From NCBI GenBank assembly GCA_002721165.1, contig PBJS01000025.1:3934-67933 (forward strand): a stretch of 64,000 bases of DNA, written 5' to 3'. The notes beneath the pieces are model-generated. The model did no database searches and had not been told where the DNA came from. It saw nothing but the letters and a program-made list of their open reading frames with translations. This document shows positions 36,373 through 46,849 of the stretch, one piece after another. The translations under genes and the position numbers were made by a program. The stretch comes from Legionellales bacterium. Lineage in GTDB: Bacteria > Pseudomonadota > Gammaproteobacteria > Eutrophobiales > Eutrophobiaceae. Every line of letters begins with the position of its first letter. Position 1 is the stretch's first letter.

Positions 36373-36882
36373 TTATTGTGACGCGCGAAGGATTGTGAAC
36401 GTACTTGTGCCTGAAATTATTGGCTTTGATGAACTGTCAATAACACTTACGCCTACAGTATGTGAGCCTCTATCAATATTTGTCAGAGAAATATTAGTGC
36501 CCGTACCCTTTGAAAGCTCTTTTCCATCCATTGTTATAAGAATCTTGTGTCCGGATCTCAGTGAAGGTTTAACAAGAACTGATATAGTAACATTCCCGCT
36601 ATTGCTTCTTACTGACGAACCATTTTCGGGATTTGAAACGACTATTTTTTCGTAGGAATGATCTTCATTATTTTCGCCGCGATTATTTCTACTTGAAGAA
36701 GAGCTGGATGGCTTGACAGTTTCTGTTGTTTTTAATTCTTTTAACTTTATTTCTTCAGAATTGGTAGTTGGTCTATCCGTAAAAATGATGTTCCCATCTT
36801 CATCTACAGATTTATAAACTTCACCTTGAATGATAGGTAAATAAAAAATTATGGATGTTATAAATATTAGTTTTAATTTCAT
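36373..36882 (-). CDS. DUF4124-domain secreted protein
   Basis: Signal peptide, then the DUF4124 signature VYKSVDEDGNIIFTDRP, an S/N-rich low-complexity linker and a C-terminal beta domain. Same glnA–ntrB position as the DUF4124 genes of Pseudomonas-like genomes. Confidence 0.65.
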   Translation of the reverse strand: MKLKLIFITSIIFYLPIIQGEVYKSVDEDGNIIFTDRPTTNSEEIKLKELKTTETVKPSSSSSSRNNRGENNEDHSYEKIVVSNPENGSSVRSNSGNVTISVLVKPSLRSGHKILITMDGKELSKGTGTNISLTNIDRGSHTVGVSVIDSSSKPIISGTSTFTILRASQ

Positions 36883-36942
36883 AAATTAACCAAAAACTTA
36901 TATTTCAATATATTTTAGATTACCATTATCCCATTGTAGTTC

Positions 36943-36976
36943 AAAAAAAATCCCCCATAAAAGGAGGATTTTTTTA
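36943..36976 (-). terminator. Intrinsic terminator downstream of glnA (bidirectional hairpin)
   Basis: Minus strand reads UCCUCC-uuuuaug-GGGGGA followed by U8. The plus strand also reads as a hairpin followed by T7. Confidence 0.6.
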
Positions 36977-37001
36977 GACATACAGAGATACTAATCTTAA
37001 C

Positions 37002-38411
37002 TTATAGGCTGTAATACATATCAAACTCGATTGGATGTGTGGTCATACGAAAACGATTTACTTCTTCCATCTTAAGTTCTATATAACCATCAATCATATC
37101 ATCAGTAAAAACACCGCCCGCGGTTAAAAAACTTCGGTCACTATTAAGTGCCTCAAGAGACATGTCTAATGACGAAGACACAGTTGCAATTCCCTTTTCT
37201 TCCTCAGCACTTATGTCGTATAGGTCCTTTTCCATCGGAGAGCCTGGGTCAAGTTTATTTTGTACTCCATCAAGACCAGCCATCATTAATGCGGCAAAAG
37301 TAAAATATGGATTGCCACAAGAATCAGGGAAACGAACCTCAATACGTCTGGCCTTATCGCTAGAAACCCAAGGAATACGGCATGAGGCAGAACGATTACG
37401 TGCTGAATATGCTAATAATGTCGGTGCCTCAAAACCTGGTACCAAACGTTTATAACTGTTAGTGCTGGAATTTGAAAATGCATTTATTGCGCGTGCATGT
37501 TTAAAAACACCAGCTATGTAATGTAATGCTGTGTCGGATAGATTGCCGTATTTATCTCCTGCAAAAAGATTTTTACCGGCTTTGACTAACGATTGATGAA
37601 CATGCATACCACTACCATTATCGCCTACTAATGGTTTTGGCATAAATGTAGCTGTCTTACCAAAACTATGTGCGACATTTTGAACAACATATTTGAGAAT
37701 CAGTAACTCATCAGCTTTTCTTGTTAGGGTCTTGCATGATGTTCCGATTTCAGCTTGTCCGGCTGTTGCAACCTCGTGATGGTGTACTTCCACCGTTAAT
37801 CCCATTTCTTCGAGTACTGTACACATCGCTGAACGAATATCTTGACATGAATCTACAGGCGGAACTGGAAAATATCCGCCTTTAACACCGGGTCTGTGAC
37901 CAATATTTTTATCTTCATCGAGACGATCGCTGTTCCAACATCCTTCTTCAGAATCAACTTCATAAAATCCTGAGTGTAATGCATCTCCCCAACGTACCTC
38001 ATCAAAGATAAAAAATTCTGGTTCAGGACCGAAATATGCCTCGTCCGCGATACCGGTAGATTTTAAATAGTCTTCTGCACGCTTAGAGATTGATCGTGGG
38101 TCGCGTTCGTATCCTTTCATTGTTGATGGCTCGAGAATATCACAACGAATATTTAATGTGGCTTCATCAAAGAAAGGATCAATAATTGCACTTTCTGTTT
38201 CCGGCATTAATATCATGTCTGATTCGTTAATACTCTTCCAGCCTGCGATAGATGATCCGTCAAACATTTTTCCCTCTTTTAACATCTCCTTATCAACCAC
38301 GCTTGCAGGAACTGTGACATGCTGCTCCTTTCCAATAGTATCGCAGAAACGAAGATCAACAAATTTTACATCCTGTTCCTTAATTAGTTTCAGTACATTG
38401 TCGGATGACAT
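37002..38411 (-). CDS. glnA: Glutamine synthetase type I
   Basis: 469 aa; conserved GS-I motifs (GSSIAGW, MHVHQS, NPY) and the adenylylation-site region. Confidence 0.97.
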   Translation of the reverse strand: MSSDNVLKLIKEQDVKFVDLRFCDTIGKEQHVTVPASVVDKEMLKEGKMFDGSSIAGWKSINESDMILMPETESAIIDPFFDEATLNIRCDILEPSTMKGYERDPRSISKRAEDYLKSTGIADEAYFGPEPEFFIFDEVRWGDALHSGFYEVDSEEGCWNSDRLDEDKNIGHRPGVKGGYFPVPPVDSCQDIRSAMCTVLEEMGLTVEVHHHEVATAGQAEIGTSCKTLTRKADELLILKYVVQNVAHSFGKTATFMPKPLVGDNGSGMHVHQSLVKAGKNLFAGDKYGNLSDTALHYIAGVFKHARAINAFSNSSTNSYKRLVPGFEAPTLLAYSARNRSASCRIPWVSSDKARRIEVRFPDSCGNPYFTFAALMMAGLDGVQNKLDPGSPMEKDLYDISAEEEKGIATVSSSLDMSLEALNSDRSFLTAGGVFTDDMIDGYIELKMEEVNRFRMTTHPIEFDMYYSL

Positions 38412-38471
38412 TTTTAACTCTCCTCGGTCTATTTTTTATTAATTTATCTATTCATTATCCTAACTATTACT

Positions 38472-38487
38472 CGCAATAAATATGCCA
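38472..38487 (-). promoter_or_regulatory. Sigma54 promoter of glnA (glnAp2-like): TGGCAT-N5-TTGCG
   Basis: Minus strand reads TGGCATATTTATTGCG (GG-N10-GC), about 60 bp upstream of the glnA ATG. Confidence 0.6.
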
Positions 38488-38549
38488 TCTTGAAATAAAC
38501 ACTATTATGATAATAATCAATAAGTTAACTGATATAGTAAAATAGGAAA

Positions 38550-38586
38550 TGCACTATTTTAGTGCAGAAAAATAATTTTTGCACCA
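38550..38586 (-). promoter_or_regulatory. NtrC enhancer: a perfect palindrome TGCAC-N7-GTGCA plus an adjacent TGCACCA half-site
   Basis: tgcactattttagtgca at 38550-38566 matches the NtrC consensus TGCACC-N5-GGTGCA. A second half-site tgcacca sits at 38580-38586, about three helical turns away and 70-100 bp upstream of the sigma54 promoter. Confidence 0.6.
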
Positions 38587-38601
38587 TATTAGAACGACTA
38601 T

Positions 38602-39261
38602 CTAATAGTTGCTAATAATAATATGTCGATCTGAAGCAATAGAAACTTTTAGTGATTCGAGTTTGGCATCCTCTAACTGCAATATGACTTCCTCAGGAGT
38701 AAAAGCAGCTTTTAATGAGTTTCTAAAATCTCTTTGTAAGATTTCTGGTTCTTCTTTTGCGTACTTATGCACTAATTCATTAACTACATGCACATTTTTA
38801 GGTCGCATTAGATCCATAATAAAAATTATTGGATCGCCTTTTGCTCTTTTAACTAATTGCCACAAAACCGTCGGGTCATGTAAGTGGTGTAATAAACTAT
38901 TACTCAATATAATTTCATATTCTTTTTCTATTAATGATACGTTTTGTATTGACGAATGAACAAGATTAATTCTGTGATTAAGATCGAACTTATCAATAGC
39001 TTTTTCAGCTTGAATAAGCATTGCTTTTGAACCATCAACAGCATCAATTTTAAAAGATGGGTAAGTTAGCGCGAATTTAATCGCAATGTCTGCTGCTCCT
39101 GCACCAAGATCGATGACATTGCCGGATGGTGGAAAATTTTTTCCTATTGCAAGATTTAGAAGTTTTAAAAAATGATTATGTGGTTCATCGAAATTTGCAT
39201 TGGCATAAGCAATTGCTTGCTCTTCATCATTCATTAATTCGGGTTCTTTAACACGCTCCAT
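38602..39261 (-). CDS. Class I SAM-dependent methyltransferase
   Basis: Motif I VIDLGAGAADIA and post-I acidic residues; 219 aa. Confidence 0.7.
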   Translation of the reverse strand: MERVKEPELMNDEEQAIAYANANFDEPHNHFLKLLNLAIGKNFPPSGNVIDLGAGAADIAIKFALTYPSFKIDAVDGSKAMLIQAEKAIDKFDLNHRINLVHSSIQNVSLIEKEYEIILSNSLLHHLHDPTVLWQLVKRAKGDPIIFIMDLMRPKNVHVVNELVHKYAKEEPEILQRDFRNSLKAAFTPEEVILQLEDAKLESLKVSIASDRHIIISNY

Positions 39262-39288
39262 TATTTAAAACCATATGACCAAATGAGT

Positions 39289-40533
39289 CTAAACTAAGTA
39301 TTCACCATTAATTAAATCTTCAAATGTTTCCCTTCTACGAATCTCATGAACTTTAGTACCATCAACCAGTACTTCGGATGCACGTGGTCTTGAATTATAG
39401 TTAGATGACATGCTAAAACCGTATGCGCCTGCTGATTGAATAGCAAGTAAATCGCCTTCGTTTAACGATAGTTTTCGGTTTCTACCAAGAAAATCACCAG
39501 TTTCACAAATAGGGCCAACAACATCATATGCCTTAACTCCTTCACTCGACTCTTCTGTTACCCTTTTAATTTCATGCCAACTATCATAAAGAGATGGACG
39601 AATCAAATCGTTCATTGCTGCATCAACGACAGCAAAATTTTTAAGAGGTGTTTTATTAAGATATTCAACTTTTGTAAGTAAAACACCTGCATTACCTATA
39701 ATAGATCTGCCAGGCTCAATAATTATCTCAAGATCACATTCCCGAGTAATATCAGTAATAGCATTTACATATTCATGTGGAGTTGGTGGTACTTCATCTT
39801 TATAACTAATGCCCAAACCGCCGCCAATATCAACGTGTTTTAGTATAATCCCCAGTTCTCCAAGTTCGCCTATTAGATCAAAAATTTTCCGCAATGCATC
39901 TTGAAAAGGACTTAATTCCGAAATTTGCGATCCAATATGACAATCAATTCCAATTAATTTGATACTATTATCATTTTCCGCCTGCTTAAAAATATCCTTT
40001 GCAGACTCAAAAGCTATACCAAATTTATTCTCCTTTAAACCAGTTGCAATATAAGGATGTGTCTTAGCGTCGACATCAGGATTAACCCTTAATGAAACTG
40101 GTGCAACTAGCTTCATATTCTTAGCAACTTTGCTTAATGTTGTTAATTCACTTCTCGATTCTACATTGAAACATTTTATATTTTGTTCTAGGGCAAATTT
40201 CATTTCATCTTCGCGTTTCCCTACACCAGAAAAAACAATCCTATCAGGACTGCCGCCAGCCTTTAGAACACGAAATAGTTCTCCGGATGATACGATATCG
40301 AAACCAGAACCTAATTTCGCTAATATGCTAAGAATGGAGGTATTTGAGTTTGCTTTCACTGCATAACAAATTAAATGCTTTTCTGAACCAAAAGCAGAAT
40401 CAAACTCTAGATACTTAGACTGAATTGATTTATTCGAATATACGTAGCAAGGAGTAGCGTATCGTTTTGCTATTTCCGATAAAGAAATATCCTCGGCATA
40501 TAACTGACCGTCTCTATATGTAAAGTCAGACAT
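39289..40533 (-). CDS. lysA: Diaminopimelate decarboxylase
   Basis: Fold-III PLP decarboxylase; N-terminus TPCYVY, PLP lysine region YAVKAN, C-terminal EPGR and CESGD-like motifs. Confidence 0.93.
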   Translation of the reverse strand: MSDFTYRDGQLYAEDISLSEIAKRYATPCYVYSNKSIQSKYLEFDSAFGSEKHLICYAVKANSNTSILSILAKLGSGFDIVSSGELFRVLKAGGSPDRIVFSGVGKREDEMKFALEQNIKCFNVESRSELTTLSKVAKNMKLVAPVSLRVNPDVDAKTHPYIATGLKENKFGIAFESAKDIFKQAENDNSIKLIGIDCHIGSQISELSPFQDALRKIFDLIGELGELGIILKHVDIGGGLGISYKDEVPPTPHEYVNAITDITRECDLEIIIEPGRSIIGNAGVLLTKVEYLNKTPLKNFAVVDAAMNDLIRPSLYDSWHEIKRVTEESSEGVKAYDVVGPICETGDFLGRNRKLSLNEGDLLAIQSAGAYGFSMSSNYNSRPRASEVLVDGTKVHEIRRRETFEDLINGEYLV

Positions 40534-40538
40534 GTGTT

Positions 40539-40685
40539 TTAATGAATATATTGAAAATCCGACGAAGACACATTGTTTTTATCTGGATAATAAAGAGGGC
40601 CCTTCTGCCCACAGCTTGAGACACAGGATAAAACGATAAAAATTATCCCAATTTTCAAAAAACCATCTTTATAAACTTTGTCCAT
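40539..40685 (-). CDS. lptM: LPS-assembly lipoprotein LptM (YifL-like) small lipoprotein, 48 aa, not in the ORF track
   Basis: Minus-strand ORF MDKVYKDGFLKIGIIFIVLSCVSSCGQKGPLYYPDKNNVSSSDFQYIH. Lipobox Cys followed by GQKGPLYYP, the LptM signature. Stop is 5 nt before the lysA ATG, the canonical lptM-lysA arrangement. Confidence 0.65.
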   Translation of the reverse strand: MDKVYKDGFLKIGIIFIVLSCVSSCGQKGPLYYPDKNNVSSSDFQYIH

Positions 40686-40826
40686 TTTAACTGTCCTATG
40701 ATACCTAATCTGCTTTAATGTTCAGCATAACAAATTATTTGTTAGTAAAAAATGACTGTAGTTCATTTCATTTGATAAATTAGTAGACTTTAATCCTAAG
40801 TTTGCTCCTAATATGAGAATTTAATT

Positions 40827-41495
40827 ATGGCATTTAAACAAGATAATTCGGTGATTATCGAACCTCGAGAAACGCATGAAGCTAGTATAATCTGGTTGCA
40901 TGGACTTGGTGCTGATGGGCATGATTTCGAATCCGTGGTTCCTGAACTACGTTTGTCTTCACGATTAGGAATTCGCTATATTTTCCCAAACGCGCCCATT
41001 CGACGAATAACAATTAACGATAATAGAGAAATGCGTGGCTGGTATGATATAAAATCTACCAATCTTCGTGAAATGGAAGATCTGGAATCAATCGCTGAGT
41101 CTTCATATTTAATTCATAAGTATATTGATGCTGAAATTAAAAAGGGTATTAGCTCAAACAAAATCATACTTGCGGGCTTTTCCCAGGGCGGTGCTATTGC
41201 TCTACATTCAGGTTTAAGATACCAAAAAAAACTGGCTGGCATACTAGCATTATCAGCGTATCTACCAGCACCTAAAAATCTTGAAAAAGAATCCTCTAAT
41301 CATAAAAAAACACCTATTATGATGATGCATGGAATTGAAGACAATATTATTCCAGCTGAACAGGGCCATTCATCATACCAAACTCTTATTGAGAATGGTT
41401 ACATGGTTGAGTGGAATGTATACCCAATGCAACACACGATTTGTATTGAAGAAATTTCAATGATAGACAATTGGATTAAAGATCGATTATCTTAA
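40827..41495 (+). CDS. Alpha/beta-hydrolase carboxylesterase/phospholipase family protein
   Basis: Nucleophile elbow GFSQGG; catalytic Asp/His contexts (MMHGIEDNIIP, MQHTI); 222 aa. Confidence 0.8.
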   Translation: MAFKQDNSVIIEPRETHEASIIWLHGLGADGHDFESVVPELRLSSRLGIRYIFPNAPIRRITINDNREMRGWYDIKSTNLREMEDLESIAESSYLIHKYIDAEIKKGISSNKIILAGFSQGGAIALHSGLRYQKKLAGILALSAYLPAPKNLEKESSNHKKTPIMMMHGIEDNIIPAEQGHSSYQTLIENGYMVEWNVYPMQHTICIEEISMIDNWIKDRLS

Positions 41496-42743
41496 ATTAC
41501 CTTGTGATGACCTATTTTTATTTTTGGAATTTTTTTTATTTTTTGAAGAATAAGATAGCTTTTTATGATGCTTTGTTTTGGTAGGTGGTAATATTTCTGA
41601 TAGCTTTTCTTCGCTAATCTTAGTTACTGGGATTTGGTACCCTATAAACGATTCTATTTCTGTAAGTGAATATACATAATCTTCACAGGCAAAACTTACT
41701 GCATCGCCAGAAGCACCCGCTCGAGCTGTCCTACCAATTCTATGAACGTAATCCTCAGCGTTCTGAGGTAAATCATAATTAAAAACATGGCTCACATCGG
41801 GTATATGCAAGCCGCGAGCCGCAAGATCCGTAGCAACAAGTACTTTTAGATCGCCAGTTGAAAACTCACTAAACAAACGTTGTCTCTTTTTTTGCGGAAC
41901 ATCGCCAGATAAAACAGCAGCGTGTATTCCGTTACCCTTAAGATATGACCACACTTTTTCAGCAACTCTTTTAGTGTTGACAAACACAATGGCCCTTCTA
42001 GTTTTCGTACATTTTAGTAAATTAATTAATAATGGAATTTTTTCATTATTAGCCACGTGATATAACGTTTGGTTTACATTGTCTGCTGTAATTTTTTCTG
42101 GATTTATTTTGATTAGTGCGGGATTATTCATATGCTCATACGCCAACTCCATAACACGAAAAGATAAAGTTGCCGAAAATAGCATATTTAAACGCTTTTC
42201 AGGTTTTGGCATTCGTCTTAAGATATAACGAATATCACTAATGAAGCCAAGATCAAACATTCGATCGGCCTCATCTAAAACTACAACCTCGATACATTTA
42301 AAATTGAATACACCTTGTTTAAAATAGTCAATTAAGCGGCCAGGGGTACCAATTAATATATCAACACCTTTTGCCAATTTTTTTTGCTGTTTCTCATAAT
42401 CAACGCCTCCGTAAACAAGGCCTAATTTAAGACCACAATAACGATTAAATACCTCAGCATCCTTATGTATTTGTATTGCAAGCTCCCGAGTTGGAGCAAT
42501 AACGATGGCGCGTAAATTTTTATAATTTTCGTGTCTTCTTGTTAGTAAAAAATGAAATGTCGACAATAAAAATGCTGCTGTTTTACCAGTACCAGTTTGT
42601 GCTTGACCTGCTATATCATGTCCCTCTAATATTAAGGGTAAACACTCGGCCTGAACTGGCGTACAATATTCAAACCCTATTTCATCTAAAATATGAAGCA
42701 GACGGCTGTCAAGTTCAAATTGCTGGAATTTAATAGTATTCAT
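41487..42743 (-). CDS. rhlB: ATP-dependent RNA helicase RhlB (DEAD-box)
   Basis: Q-motif, Walker A AQTGTGKT, DEAD box VLDEAD, SAT, HRIGRTAR, plus a basic K/R/S-rich C-terminal tail. Divergent from trxA-rho, as in E. coli. Confidence 0.9.
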   Translation of the reverse strand: MNTIKFQQFELDSRLLHILDEIGFEYCTPVQAECLPLILEGHDIAGQAQTGTGKTAAFLLSTFHFLLTRRHENYKNLRAIVIAPTRELAIQIHKDAEVFNRYCGLKLGLVYGGVDYEKQQKKLAKGVDILIGTPGRLIDYFKQGVFNFKCIEVVVLDEADRMFDLGFISDIRYILRRMPKPEKRLNMLFSATLSFRVMELAYEHMNNPALIKINPEKITADNVNQTLYHVANNEKIPLLINLLKCTKTRRAIVFVNTKRVAEKVWSYLKGNGIHAAVLSGDVPQKKRQRLFSEFSTGDLKVLVATDLAARGLHIPDVSHVFNYDLPQNAEDYVHRIGRTARAGASGDAVSFACEDYVYSLTEIESFIGYQIPVTKISEEKLSEILPPTKTKHHKKLSYSSKNKKNSKNKNRSSQGNLR

Positions 42744-42863
42744 AAATAAATCTTTAAATAGTTTATAGTATTATTTTCATATATATAAATATCAAACTTG
42801 CAATTAATCTTTAATTTAGTTCAAATTACATACTCACACATGTCACGGAGGAACTCAAAATAA

Positions 42864-43190
42864 ATGAGTACTGATATATTAAATGTTACAGACTCAACCT
42901 TTGAAGATGAAGTTTTGAGATCAGAGCAACCTATAGTTTTAGATTTCTGGGCAGAATGGTGTGGGCCTTGTAAAAATATCGCACCAATTCTTAATGAATT
43001 AGCTAATGAATATAAAAATAAATTAACCATTGCAAAAATAAATATTGACGAAAATCAGAAAACGCCGGCAACTTATGGAGTAAGAGGTATACCTACACTC
43101 ATTCTCTTCAAAGGAGGAGAAGTTGTCGCCACAAATGTTGGGCAAGCTACAAAATCGCAATTAGAGGCCTTTTTTGATGCAAATATTTAG
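42864..43190 (+). CDS. trxA: Thioredoxin 1
   Basis: 108 aa; active site WAEWCGPCK. Confidence 0.96.
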   Translation: MSTDILNVTDSTFEDEVLRSEQPIVLDFWAEWCGPCKNIAPILNELANEYKNKLTIAKINIDENQKTPATYGVRGIPTLILFKGGEVVATNVGQATKSQLEAFFDANI

Positions 43191-43373
43191 TAAATTTTTA
43201 AAAAATTAACTGGACGAATAACAAAACGCATGTTAACTTGACCATGGAATCTGTAAAAACTTTTCAACAAAACACCTATAATCCCCCAAAAAAAATTAAA
43301 ACTAGTAAAGAACTCGTTTCAATAAAAAAACAAACCAAGTTTGTAAATCAATACTTATGAAATTTTAACACTT
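43191..43373 (+). promoter_or_regulatory. rho leader / 5' UTR (C-rich, G-poor; candidate rut-like autoregulatory attenuator)
   Basis: 183 nt between trxA and rho with no ORF. Strongly G-depleted with scattered C runs (ccccc at ~43283), as expected for the rho autoregulatory leader. Confidence 0.4.
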
Positions 43374-44630
43374 ATGAACCTAACAGAACTAAAACAAAAA
43401 CCTGCTTCAGAACTCGTTTCACTTTCCTCAGATCTTGGTCTCGATAATCTAGCCCGCTCCCGTAAACAAGATGTTATCTTTGAAATATTAAAAGCCCACG
43501 CTAAAAAAGGTGAAGATATCCATGGAGATGGAGTGCTTGAAATATTGCAAGATGGTTTCGGCTTTTTACGTTCGGCTGGAAGCTCATATCTTGCTGGTCC
43601 CGATGATATTTATGTTTCGCCAAGCCAAATTAGACGCTTCAACCTCAGAACGGGCGATAATATTTCCGGGAAAATTAGACCTCCAAAAGATGGAGAACGT
43701 TATTTTGCATTACTTAAAATTAATGAAATTAATTTTGAAACGCCTGATAAAGCAAAAGGAAAAATCTTATTTGAAAACTTAACCCCGCTCTTTGCAGAAG
43801 AAAGATTAACGCTTGAACAAGGGAACGGAAGTACGGAAGATTTAACCCCGCGTATTATTGATCTCGCTGCACCAATAGGGAAAGGACAACGAGGATTAAT
43901 AGTGTCTCCGCCAAAGGCGGGCAAAACTATGATCTTGCAAAGTATTGCTCAATCCATTACACATAATCATCCTGAAGTACATTTGATCGTTCTGTTGATT
44001 GATGAACGCCCTGAAGAAGTAACAGAAATGGAAAGATCAGTTGGTGGGGAAGTAATATCGAGTACATTTGACGAACCAGCCAGCAGGCATGTACAAGTTG
44101 CTGAGATGGTAATCGAGCGTGCTAAACGTTTAACCGAACACAAAAAAGATGTTGTAATTCTGCTTGACTCAATTACACGTTTAGCTCGTGCGTACAATAC
44201 TGTTATTCCAGCCTCAGGTAAGGTGCTGACTGGAGGAGTAGACGCAAATGCATTGCAAAGACCAAAACGTTTCTTTGGTGCGGCACGTAATATTGAAGAA
44301 GGTGGTAGCTTAACAATTATTGCGACTGCTTTAGTTGATACAGGATCAAGAATGGACGATGTAATTTATGAAGAATTTAAGGGAACGGGTAATATGGAAT
44401 TACACTTAGATAGAATTATCGCTGAAAAAAGAATTTATCCAGCAATTAATATCAATCGTTCAGGTACACGACGAGAAGAAAAACTAACTGGCGATCAAGA
44501 TCTACAAAAAATTTGGATTTTGCGTAAATTACTTCATCCAATGGAAGAACTTGCTGCAATGGAATTCTTACTTGAGCGTTTAAAAGCAACTAAAAATAAT
44601 GCTGAGTTCTTTGATGCGATGAAAAGATAA
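43374..44630 (+). CDS. rho: Transcription termination factor Rho
   Basis: 418 aa; N-terminal RNA-binding OB domain, Walker A PPKAGKT, Q and R loops. Confidence 0.97.
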   Translation: MNLTELKQKPASELVSLSSDLGLDNLARSRKQDVIFEILKAHAKKGEDIHGDGVLEILQDGFGFLRSAGSSYLAGPDDIYVSPSQIRRFNLRTGDNISGKIRPPKDGERYFALLKINEINFETPDKAKGKILFENLTPLFAEERLTLEQGNGSTEDLTPRIIDLAAPIGKGQRGLIVSPPKAGKTMILQSIAQSITHNHPEVHLIVLLIDERPEEVTEMERSVGGEVISSTFDEPASRHVQVAEMVIERAKRLTEHKKDVVILLDSITRLARAYNTVIPASGKVLTGGVDANALQRPKRFFGAARNIEEGGSLTIIATALVDTGSRMDDVIYEEFKGTGNMELHLDRIIAEKRIYPAININRSGTRREEKLTGDQDLQKIWILRKLLHPMEELAAMEFLLERLKATKNNAEFFDAMKR

Positions 44631-44640
44631 TTTTTTACCA

Positions 44641-44668
44641 AAAAAAACCCGTCATAAGACGGGTTTTT
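44641..44668. terminator. Bidirectional intrinsic terminator between rho and groEL
   Basis: A7-CCCGTC-ataa-GACGGG-T5: a perfect 6-bp GC stem flanked by A and T runs, so it works for both convergent transcripts. Confidence 0.8.
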
Positions 44669-44689
44669 ACAATGAACAATTTACAGAAA

Positions 44690-46348
<1,659 letters not shown>

Positions 46349-46395
46349 CTAAAAGCGATCTGACTATTTTATGTTTTATATATATTAAAATTACT

Positions 46396-46683
46396 TTATT
46401 CGATGACACCCATGATGTCGTCTTCGCGCATTACAAGGTATTCATCGCCACCGACTTTAACCTCTGTACCTGAGTACTTGCCAAACAACACCTTGTCGCC
46501 TTTTTTAAGTTCAAGCTTAGAAAGCTCGCCACTGTCCAGTAATTTACCATTGCCTACAGCAATAACTTCACCCTGAATGGGTTTTTCTGTAGCTGAATCT
46601 GGGATAACAATCCCGCCCGGAGAAGTTTTTTCCTCTTCCACGCGCTTCACGATCACACGATCGTGTAATGGCCGGATATTCAT
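46396..46683 (-). CDS. groS: Co-chaperonin GroES
   Basis: 95 aa; mobile loop and roof hairpin conserved. Confidence 0.97.
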   Translation of the reverse strand: MNIRPLHDRVIVKRVEEEKTSPGGIVIPDSATEKPIQGEVIAVGNGKLLDSGELSKLELKKGDKVLFGKYSGTEVKVGGDEYLVMREDDIMGVIE

Positions 46684-46739
46684 TAAAGTAGTCCTCCTTA
46701 ATTCCTAACCTATTGATTTATAATGGGCTAATATATTTA

Positions 46740-46766
46740 TTAGCACTCCTTATTAGAGAGTGCTAA
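46740..46766. promoter_or_regulatory. CIRCE operator (HrcA binding site) TTAGCACTC-N9-GAGTGCTAA upstream of groES
   Basis: Perfect 9-N9-9 inverted repeat ttagcactc-cttattaga-gagtgctaa, identical to the CIRCE consensus, about 57 bp upstream of the groES start. Confidence 0.9.
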
Positions 46767-46793
46767 ATATAGTCGAAATAATAAACTTGTCAA
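46766..46793 (-). promoter_or_regulatory. Sigma70-type groESL promoter (TTGACA-16-TATATT) abutting CIRCE
   Basis: Minus strand reads TTGACA agtttattatttcgac TATATT and then runs straight into CIRCE, the classic HrcA-repressed vegetative promoter layout. No sigma32-like CTTGAAA/CCCCAT element is visible. Confidence 0.6.
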
Positions 46794-46849
46794 CAGCTAC
46801 ATAGAAAAAAACATATGCGATATGAAAAATATTTGATGAAAATTTTTGG

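Noticed and set aside
42821-43030. 69-aa minus-strand ORF overlapping the trxA start, and a 90-aa alternative-frame ORF inside rho (43510-43782)
   Set aside because: Overlap with strongly conserved genes; no independent coding signal.
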